A DNA stretch of 64,000 nt from Lingula anatina (taxonomy: Eukaryota > Animalia > Brachiopoda): the NCBI GenBank assembly GCA_051362555.1, contig CM120645.1:13888001-13952000 (forward strand), written 5' to 3'. The translations under genes and the position numbers were made by a program. The notes under the pieces were generated by a model. It searched no databases. It was not told the origin of the DNA and saw nothing but the letters and a program-made list of their open reading frames with translations. Below are positions 12,601-23,300 of the stretch, in pieces (positions within the stretch are counted from its first letter, which is position 1; each line of letters starts with the position of its first letter).

Positions 12601-15050
12601 GAAAAGTGTGTACGGAAGCACAATCAGTGGCAGTCACATGATAGACCCCGACGGCCCAGAAACTGGTCTAGAACCCTTCCCGGTGTACTGCGATTTTCAA
12701 GAAAACCCACCTGTGGCCAAAGTCTACCACAATAAGGCAGAGGTCACTGTTAATGGATACATAGAACCTGCCTCTTACCACACAGACATTGATTATGGTA
12801 AGATATAAAAACTTGCTTGATCTTAAATATGTTTTGTTAATTTATCTTTTCTTTTTTTTAACCAGAGTATGTGAGATGCTTTATTGTCTCCGGGTATTGT
12901 ACCGCCAGATGGAGTAAGCGCATCTGTATGGGAAACATAACAAAAAGGGAACACCACCTCTAGTGTTGTTCTTGACAAGCTCTACAAAATGCAATAAACA
13001 AGAGTTCTCAAACTTTATTTTTTAGAAAATTAAAACTGATAACAAAATTGTGTGGAAAAGTAAAAGGCCAAACCCAAGGTTACGGTAAAATTGTAAAATT
13101 AAGATAATACTTCTCATCCAAGTTCAATAGTAAATATAAGAGCTTGAAAATTTGCAAAGTGCAGTTCCTGGTGAAAAGTACTAGTAGGTCAAAGGTCGAT
13201 TTCAAGGTCACAGTAGGTTTACCAATATGACTTCCTATTTAAGTTCAGTAGTAATTAACTTTGTGCATATCTCTAACTTTGGAGAGTGAAGTTCATGGTG
13301 AAAAGAAGGTTAAATGTCAAATTCAAGGTTATAATAACATTGCCAACATATGACGTCTTATTCAATGTCAGTAGTAAATGTGGGCATATCTCTGTCAGAT
13401 TTGGAGACATAAGGGTCAGGAAATTTGCAAAGTGCGGATCACGATGAAAAATAGGTCAAAGGAAAAATTCAAAGTCACAGTAAGATTGCTCAAGTTCAAG
13501 TTCAATAGTAATTATTGGTGTATTTCTCCTAGTTTTGGAGATATAGGGGTCAGAAATTTTGACAGTGCAGTTCACAGTGATAAGTAGGTCAACGTCAAAT
13601 TCAAGGTGACAGTAAGATTGCCAATATATGACTTTCAATTCAAGTTAGTATTTGGAACGAATGTCACCTGTACAAAGTAATGGAAAGCGGACTACAGTTG
13701 CTGGCGGACTTACATTCCTGTTAAACCTGGACTAAAACCATGAGCACCAACAGCGCTATATAACCGTCGGTTGATTCCGCCCTCATTTAACCATCAATGC
13801 TGTTGTGCACGGAGTTGTGCGTCATGCCTTACCTCGTGATTTGACGAAAGTGCAGTTTTAAATGTAATTTTGGCTATCGAGTGATTGATTTATCCTTTGG
13901 CATGTCACCTTAGGTCATATAAGAACCTTGTGGAAGGAGTTTATATGTGGTTTAGGTAACCTATGCTTGTTTATTATTTAAATTTAACTGTGACAAAATG
14001 AAATTTTGAAGTTTCAGAAGTCACAAAAGGTAATACAGTTTAAGGAGATCTGATATTATATCTTCGTGCACAAATGTACAGGGGGGGGGGGGGGTATCAT
14101 GTCAAGCATACTTATAAGTAAAAAGTGTTCCACTTTGATGAAAATTCGCGCCCCTTTGCCTTATGAAATGCATACGGTTTCTCTTTCCCAGAGTTGCCCA
14201 AGGCACAAATGCTGAGCATCATCGAAGCGTCAACGAACTGCAGACAGTTTTTAAAGGTGAAATGTTATGGATCCGCTCTCTATGAGAAACTTCAGTCACG
14301 ACATAATACCTACTGGAGTTCACGCGATGGCGAGAGGATGCTCTACTGGGGCGGAGGAGATCCGAGCGGATGGGGCTGCGCATGCGCTCTTGATAATTCA
14401 TGTGTTGGTGAGCATTTTGTGCATTGTATCAAAAACAGCGACTACTTAATTTTTAACATGTAATGTCACCATAAAAATATCATCTACAATTCATTTGAGC
14501 AGATATATTAGGATACCTACCCACCAAAATGATAATTTCTGACCATTTAGTCTAAAATGCTTTGGCAGGATACCAATTACCATACCCTAAATGGTTGCAT
14601 GCCACTGTGTATTTTCGACACAATGGGCTCTGATTGCATTGTCAACACCAAGTGCAAAAAAATCTAAAAACAAGAACACAGAATTGAGTCGAACTAGCAG
14701 TTCCAGCCTGTAATACCACTTTTCTCATATTTCCTGTGGCCTGAGATACCATATCCGTCATTTTGTTACCCGTCTTGCGAGACAGTTTTATATATAGAAT
14801 GCTCTGAAATAATGAAAGAAATAAACAATCTAAAACCCAGCCAAAGCGAAGGCTTCATATGAATCAATATGTTTTCATTGCAGGTGGGTTGGACTGCAAC
14901 TGCAACGCAAACGACTTCGCCTGGAGAGAGGACGAGGGCTACGTCACGGACAGGACCAAGTTACCCGTGTCTCAGTTATATGCAGGAGATACTGGTGGCC
15001 CCCTCGAAGTACTATACATCTCTATAGGGCCCCTTGAATGTGTTCTCTAG
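8447..15050 (+). CDS. Secreted protein of ~309 aa: signal peptide + PAN/apple-like domain + contactin-associated-protein-type fibrinogen-like domain
   Basis: Five phase-compatible exons: 8447-8640, 10444-10577, 12579-12797, 14192-14407 and 14884-15050 (930 nt). Hydrophobic N-terminus; PAN pattern CSMDCLR...CKAVNF...C; CNTNAP/neurexin-IV-like motifs IDPDG, PFPVYCDF, CRQFLKVKC, YWGG, CAC, CNC..ND..W.ED.G, GPLEC. Confidence 0.85.
9183..9397. mobile_element. EnSpm/CACTA-type MITE (CCC termini, 2-bp TSD GC)
   Basis: CCCTTAGCAAAA ... TAAGGG, with internal TTGC/GCAA repeats; same family as 41914-42109. Confidence 0.65.
10735..11374. mobile_element. Harbinger-like non-autonomous element
   Basis: TIR CCCCCGTCACAC / GTGTGACGGGGG; probable TTA TSD; interior rich in ATTC/GAAT. 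Confidence 0.65.
12215..12498. mobile_element. MITE with CCC termini (EnSpm-like)
   Basis: TIR CCCGCACGAAAA / TTTTCGTGCGGG; AA on both flanks; internal GCAGTAG repeats. Confidence 0.65.
12880..13650 (-). mobile_element. Old degenerate Helentron fragment of the same family, in an intron of the PAN/FBG gene
   Basis: ATTGTACCGCCAG subTIR remnant and degenerate AGGTCAAAGGTC..TTCAAGGTCACAGTA units. Confidence 0.6.
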
Positions 15051-16927
15051 ACGTTACTTGAGACACGTCTGTCAAGGGCCAGTCACCTTTACAAAGTTTT
15101 GCAAATTCTGAAAATATTAATTCAAATACAAAGCTTTTACCAAACGGCCATTCAGCAAATTAGTAAAACGAAACATAGTCTGGTGAACATCTCGATCAAA
15201 GTATGTGAGAAAAAATATTTTACAAAAATATTATTATCACGTTTTTTTAAAGGAACCTGATTTTTTACCAACCTGGCCCCTCGGAAAATATATAGTAACA
15301 GAAAAATAAAGTAAACTTATGGGACAAAAACTGCAGAAACAATACATCCAAAAGCCACCAAAAAATTAAATTTTGTATATATCTGATCACACATGACGTA
15401 CACAATGGCTTTTATCCAAACAATGCTACTCAATAAATTGAAAGCAAAACAAAATACACAGTTTGACAATTCAAGGGATTGGCGTTTTTATAACTGCCAT
15501 GGCATAGGCGACAGCAACGCCTGCAATGAGAACAGGCACAATGATACAAATATTTTGAGGTACTGTCGCACAGTATCTGTATTTAAAAATCAAGGGTGTC
15601 AGGAGGGTCCTGACTCTCCCTTCAGTTTTTTAAACAATCGCACCAATGGTCTCCTCTTGAAATTTGAATTTTGAATAGCTGGATCATAGCTCAAACTTTA
15701 CAAAATTGCGCCGTTTTGCCTTTGGCCTCTTTAATACAAACATTTTGGGGACCCTTCGGTGGGCCCCGAACCCCACGCCAAAAGTGGAAGGGATGGGAAG
15801 CTGACCCTAACCCCCCCCCCCCTGCAAGAAATCCTGGATCCGCCCCTCAAGTTATGGCCTGCAATTAGTTCACCAAATTTTATGGATTTTTAGATTTTGG
15901 TGATGATCCATTGATAAATAAATCAATTGATCCATTATGCAACATTTTGATAAAATAAATGTACCAAGAAAGATATGATTAGATTTTGAATTTGATCTGT
16001 TGGTTAATTATTTAATAATTTTCAGTTAGGTAGCGCGTAAATTTCATGAGATTTTTAGGATAGGTCAAAATATGCACAAAATAAGTGTGAGTTAGATTTT
16101 GATGGTAATGAATTATGTAAAGATTTCGATGAAATTTTTTGGATAGGTCACGAAGGGGCCAAGAAAGATAGAATGAAATATTGGGGATGATTAATTAATT
16201 AATTTGCTATTTATTATTTTATTATTTGTCTTGGCTGAAGTTGTGCTTTCTGAGTGCTTTTTTACCCTTGTTTTTGTATATTATAATTTTTACCCTTGTT
16301 TTTGTATATTATTATTTTTTTGTTTGTAAGTAGGCACAAAAAAGGACATGTACAAATAATTTTAAATTGAACAAAATATTTTTACACATGCTATTCAATA
16401 TTATGCCTACTGCACAGACGCACGACACTCAAACCCAATATAGAGGTGCATTCACATGCTTAAGTATCAAAAAACAAAATTGAATATTTAAAAGTTGCAC
16501 TCAATTTTTTGAAATGAGTATAGAACAAAAATCAACGGCTGTCTCAATTTTACCATTACATAAAATTTTTACCATGTTTATTCCATTATGTATGAAGTCT
16601 CAAATCAATGGTCATATAATTTTAATTTTTTGTATCATGTTCCAAATATGTTGAAGTGAATCAGTCATGGTAAACCATAGCTGGCATAAGGATGTCTTTA
16701 TAAATACTTAAACTCAGGGGGGTTTACATCATGGCCAAAACATAGGTAACATTTGTTCTCCAGAAAAAATGTCCAAAATATGTTATTCATCCCCATGCAT
16801 TTGGTGCAATAGGTATCGAATTCTGTTATCAACTAAAACGTATACAGTGTTTTCACGAGTAGTATGACACTTCTGGCAAAATTTTATGACCACATATAAA
16901 AAACTTTTTAGATGATTCTTTTGCTGT

Positions 16928-17851
16928 CAGCATACTATGGGCGACCAAAAGGGCAAAAATTCATGTCGTCGATTCAGTTATGTTTCGTCGATTCACTGCC
17001 TTCCCATCGATTCAGTTTCAAGTTTAAACGATCCTGGCATAAATTCAACATCTACTTTCGTCAATTCAATTGTCAAACATTTCTCATCTATGGTGTATTA
17101 AAACCAATGCTGTCACTATTTTCGTCGATCGTGTACCTAATCTCGTCGATCGTCAAACTGTTTTCGTCGATCGTGTAACTATTCTCGTCGATCGTCTAAT
17201 CTCGTCGATCGTGTAACTATTCTCATCGATCGTCTCATCGATCGATCGCCAGAGGGCGCTGCGGTAGCAACACGTGCTTCTGTCTGTCAATCACGCGGTA
17301 ATTTTTAACTCGGCCAGCCATGGTCAGAGTTAAGCACAACTAGAAAATAATGTCCCTACAACCGAATGTCTTTTAATTATTAACAACTAAAATTGAAATT
17401 GTTGAGAAAATGTTCTTATTTCACTAGCAATCATTTTGTTGTCTGCCATTTTGATAGTCATGTGATAGGCCAATGTGCTACCGCAGCGCCCTCTGGCGAT
17501 CGATCGATGAGACGATCGACGAGAATAGACGATCGATGAGAATAGTTACACGATCGACGAGATTAGACGATCGATGAGAATAGTTACACGATCGACGAGA
17601 TTAGTTGGACGATCGACGAGATTAGACGATCGACGAGAATAGTTACACGATCGACGAAAATAGTGACGGCATTGGTTTTAATACACCGTAGATGAGAAAT
17701 GTTTGACAGTTGAATTGACGAAAGTAGATGTTGAATTTATGACAGGATCGTTTAAACTTGAAACTGAATCGATGGGAAGGCAGTGAATCGACGAAACATA
17801 ACTGAATCGACGACAGGATTTTTTGCCCTTTTGGCCGCCCATAGTATGCTG
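16928..17851. mobile_element. Foldback-like element with inverted arms of ~350-380 bp
   Basis: Ends CAGCATACTATGGGCG...CGCCCATAGTATGCTG; arms contain TCGTCGATCG microrepeats; spacer of ~200 bp; no clear TSD. Confidence 0.75.
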
Positions 17852-18676
17852 CATTTTTCCTTTTTTAATATTCAGTGACAAACAAACTTACATTGTGCAA
17901 AATACAATTAATCACTCTATACAGAAAATTCTTTAAACTTGCAGAAAAAATAAAAAAAAAGAAAACCAGTGCTAATCAATTTTTCAAAGTGAGTAAAACA
18001 CTTCTACAGCTGAAAGTTTTGCATTTGTGATGGTAAAATATGTTCCTATTTGGGGTTGGATGAACAATTTTTTATTCTCCATGGTTCCAGGACATTAAAA
18101 CTTTGATACACACTTCATCATGTGGGACCTTAAAATAAACATAGTTCCTAATCTGTGCAATAAATATTTTAAGAGCATGCCTGGGACATCATTTCCACTT
18201 CTACGTTGGGTTTTGGTGATAAAAGTTTTTTTTTTTTCAAAATTTTCTATCATTGTTCTAAGATATGACAACAAGACTATGCAGTATATGGTACCTAATG
18301 TAATTAAAACTTATCACAGAATTGAAATCTCTTGAAAATAATCGAAAAATAATACTAAAACACTCAGAAAAATGTACGTAGCTCAACATCAAACGGTTAA
18401 TAGATGCTCAGCTGTGTTGGTGGCATATTTGGGAATGCTCCACAATAACAGAGATTTTTACCACAGACGTCAGAAATAAAATTCTTTATGCTTTTCTTCT
18501 TCTGCCCTTTTGCAAATGAACATTTTCTGTTGCATATTCTGTAAGGTCCATTCCTAAGAATTTCATTTCACTAGAAAAGAGGGCGTTAATAAGCAGGGGC
18601 TGCTTTGCATTTGGTGCTTCATTTTTCATGCCATTAACAATTGTGCCAAATGCTACTGGTGGTTTCACTGAAAAAT

Positions 18677-19893
18677 GAGGATCAGAGAGGCGATACCGCC
18701 TCCGGATATAGTACCACCAGCTGGAGCAAGCGCATTCATATGGAATCCCCCCCCCCCCCCCAAAAAAAAAAGAGACACCACCACCACCAGTCTTGTGCTT
18801 GACAAGCTCTATAAAATGCAATCAACAAGAATTCTCAAAAAAATATAACCAAAAATGGTACAATCAAAATTCAGTTCATCATAAAAAGTAGGTCAAAGGT
18901 CAATTTCAAGGTCACACTTAGATTGCCAGTATATGACTTCCTATTCAATTGCAATAGTAACTTTGGACCTATCTCTGCCAGTTTTGGAGATAAAAGGGAA
19001 CAAAAATTTGCAAAGTTCAAATCAGGATGAAAAGTTGGTCAAAGGTCAAGTTCAAGTTCACACTTAGATTGCCAGTATATGACTTCCTATTCAAGTTCAA
19101 TAGTAACTATGGACCTATCTCTGCCAGTTTTGGAGATAAAAGGGAACAAAAATTTGCAAAGTTCAGTTCATGGTGAAAAAAAGGTCAAAGGTCAATTTTA
19201 AGGTCACAGTAAATTGCCTCTAATGATTTTCTATTCAAATTCAATAGTAACTATGGGCGTATCTTTGCCAGTTTTGAAAGTAACGGTTCCCGAATTAGAG
19301 ACAGTTTTCAGTTTCGGTATCTTATGGCCGCTACTCCCGTGAAAATGCACTGATTGACCCCAAATTCACAGAGATAAAAGATGACCCGAAGGATAACACT
19401 TTCCAATAGTATTATTGGTTAAGTCTGTATAGTTACTGAATATCAGCGCAAATAATTTTTTTTTTTCGTAAAAAATTTCGTTTTTTCGAAAATTTTGGCC
19501 CGTTTGACCTTGAAGCAAAGGTCAAAGATCAAATCCAAGGGCATATTTGAAATCTCCACATATGACTTTCGGTCAGCCGTCTGTAGAAAATTTTCCCATA
19601 ATTCCTTCGGTAGGGTAGATAATTGGCATTGAATTTTCAAAAATTTTGACAAGGGTGGATTTCAACGAGCGTCACACTGAGGTCAATGCACCGACTGAGA
19701 CAAAAAAACTGGGGTTCAAGTTGAGGTTATATGTGACCTAAATCCAAGAGATGGGGACAGGGGTCCTTGCAGTCTAGCAGGAGAAGCGGTAACGGTGACT
19801 TGTATCCGACGCCAGTACGTGGAGCCAACGGAGCCGGACGAGACGGGTCGGGACTAAAACCATGAGTTCCGCCAGTGTACACGCTGGTGGTAC
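18677..19893 (-). mobile_element. Diverged shorter Helentron copy A (~3 tandem units)
   Basis: Shares the GAGGATCAGAGAGGCGATACCGCCTCC end, the 146-bp units and the GCTGGTGGTAC hairpin end with copies B-D. Confidence 0.75.
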
Positions 19894-20338
19894 TAATAAG
19901 AACATTGTGTTAGGTGAGATATTGATAAACAACACATTTATTAATCTCCTCCACGAGAAAACTGCACATTCAATAACCGCGCACCATATAATTACTACAC
20001 TGTGGTGTAGTGGATGTCTCACAAAGCGTGACAGAATCAATAGAACGGTGCAATCAGCTAAATGCACTTCAAATTGTTCGATTAATCCAAACGGAATATG
20101 GTCTGAATCGTAATGTTTCTATATAAGGTCTCAAGTGTATGGTTGTGAATTTTATCATTCACCATGCTTCTAATGTCACTTGCATATCTAGAGTGCCTGC
20201 AATTTACCAGTAGTTAATCATTAAGTGGTACCATTATAATTGTCTTATTTTATTCCAGAAAGACTATTAAATCATATTATACAAAACAATAAGCTGTTTT
20301 CCTGTTTTAAATAAAATCGCGCTATGGCACCTGTGCCA

Positions 20339-23300
20339 TCACCACATTCTCTTGGTAGGAAGTTCTGCCGCGTAACCTTGGTGTCTGAATATCATGTCAG
20401 CTATCTCCCTGTGCTTTGCATCGCTGTTCATGAATGTTAACCCTGGAAATAATTAAACGCTGTCACTGTAGCATATATAAACAGATTTAAATTTGTTTCA
20501 ATAAAATTCATGATATCTGGTTTCTTTATCTAATAGTTTGTCTAACAAATTTTATGAAAGAATGTAACCGATCTTAGACCTCAATAAGTGAGAACTCTGG
20601 CATCGCCTACCTTCACGTATTAGTTCCAAGTTGCCTAATATTCTTCTATGTGCAGCATAACAATAACTTTTAGCCAACAATACCTGAGAAAAGTGGTAAA
20701 AATATATCAATAAACATGAAAAATTATTTTATGTTGTTTACAGGATTCATTTCTTGGTGCATTCAACTGATTATACTGAAACCTGAACATTTAAACTTCA
20801 ATAGTTGGAAAATCTCATTATTGTTGTAAGCACCAACCCCACCCAAAAAAATCTGAAAACTGCCATTAGTCAAAGAAATGCTGATCCCTCAGACCTTGTA
20901 ACCATAATTAGGGACCGAGCCATTTTTGCCGCTACGTGGCGCTACACGCGATCAGGTTCAAGGGTCGCCATATTTGTCTCAAAGCGTGCATTGTGTTTGT
21001 GTAGCTAGCGTAGATAAAATGAATAAATATAGTGGTTGGAGCTTGCGGGAGATTCAAGTGGAACTAAGGAAGCGTGGGGCGAAAGTTTCAGGAAGGAAAC
21101 AAGATTTAGTTGAGAGGTGAGTTCTTTTTCTCGGCGCTGTACCGTATTTTATTCGATGACGAGTGTAGCGGTAACAAAGATCGCCATTTCCTGTGTTTAG
21201 ACTCTCAGTCGAACTCTGTTTTACTTCCCTTTTTTCAATTAACGTACAACACTTGTGTCAGAAGGTAGGTTCTCTAAAGAAAAACTACCGAAACTATTCC
21301 AAAAAAAAAAAAAAAAAAAAATAGTTTACGTAGCGAGAAAATGAGGGTCGAGCCTTGGGCTGCAACAAAGATATTCGACCGGCAGTGCAGGTATCACTGT
21401 ATCAATAAATACGATCCTTACAGGACCAGTTTTACATTGAATCGGATCCTGCTGTATATTGACTTCTTCCAGTTTGATTTAATTTTATAAAACGATTGTA
21501 ATATCTGCCAAATTTCACATATAGCAGCTCTTGATGGTCTTCAGCAGGATACCCCCAGCCCCTTAATACATCTGAGGTAATAAGGCCTCAGCAATACATA
21601 CAGTTTGTTCATCTTTCAAAAAGACTTTCATTCTTGTTTTTAAAAGGTTTAAGGTTTTCAGTTACCAAAATAATGATGTGTAAGTGTGGGAAGGAGGTAC
21701 ATTTTGCATTCGCAGGGTTGCAAATAATATGATAACATAATAGTACTGAATGGTATTGACAAGATCGGTGAATTATTCACCACTCTCACTGGATTTTTAC
21801 TTTTAATGCTTGATTTACTTGTATTTTATTTCATTTTACAGATTGGAGTCTTATGACCGTAATAACAACTTTGGTTCAACCTCTGCTATCCCAGAACCAA
21901 AATGGTCCATGGATACGCCTGATGGTGCTTTATATAGAGATGTTACATCTAGCTCATCATTTAATGTATTGGTATCAGCCAAACATGTGTCCAACTACCT
22001 TGAACTACAGGAGACTGTAATGAGCAAGAAGGCACGGAAGTTATATGAAGAAAGGTGAGTTTAATTCCTTTTTTTAGATTTATTTTTGTGCCACTACCAT
22101 AAAAACAACCAATTTATAATTTTCTTCATCTTCAGTGTGGTTGTCAGATGTTTTACATCTATTTTCCATTTTAAATTTTTTCTGATGTTTTTCTTTAGAT
22201 TCCTGCGCTATGTCAAAGCTGTTGAAGTGGAGAGTGGGGTATTCATTCGTGCTCAGAGCCATGCAGAAATGAAGAAGAATGTGACGTATGATGTTGACAT
22301 CCACATTAAGCCTGATGGAACCATTGAAGCTTGCCAGTGTGACTGTACAGCTGGCATTGGGCCATATGCACACTGTAAGCATGTCAAGACTGCTTTATAT
22401 GCCTTACAAGATTTTGCCAAAAGGAAAGAACTTTTAATCGAGCCTGTATGTACGGAAAGACTGCAGACTTTCCATAGGCCCAGGAAGGTGTATACTGGTG
22501 CTCCAGTAAAGGCTGCAGATCTAGACTTGGTTGCAGACATCAACAATGTAATTTTTGACCCTCTGAATGGACTTGACGAGGAGACTGACGAGGAGTACAA
22601 TAGTAGGGTGAGGAACCTGGCTGTAAATTATGGTGCACTACATCAAGTCCAAATCCCTTTAACGCAGCTGTATGCACCTGCAAATCCCATTGCAGTAGAT
22701 TTGGACCATGATTACTTGCAGAATATGGGTTCAGAAAACTTTCTTCGATCAGAAAACATTACAGTAATTTCACCAGAGGCTCAAGTCGATATTGAGAGGA
22801 GGACTAGGGGACAGAGTCGAAACCCAACTTGGAAGGCTGAGAGAGAAAAGAGACTGCAGTCATCAAATTTTAGTGCCATATGCAAAACAACCAATCCAAA
22901 GAAACTTGCAGCCTCTCTCATGGAGACCAAGGACTTGACTCATGTACCAGCCATCAGGCATGGACTTGCCAATGAAGACAAAGCATTGGCTACTTATGAA
23001 CAGAAAACTGGGGAAAATGTCTCAAGACATGGTATCATTGTTGACCTTGAAAGGCCTTATTTAGGTACCTCAGTTGATGGCATGGCTGGAGAAGTAGTAG
23101 TTGAGGTTAAATGTCCCTATGTGGCTCGTGATAAACCTATATCCCATGTTACTGTCCCTTATTTGAAGGCAACCAACCAAGGTCTCACCCTTGATAGTAA
23201 CCACCCATATTATTATCAAATTCAAGGACAGCTGCATATCACACAAAAAGAAAAATGTCATTTTGTAGTTCACACAAATGTAGACCATAAGATCATTCCT

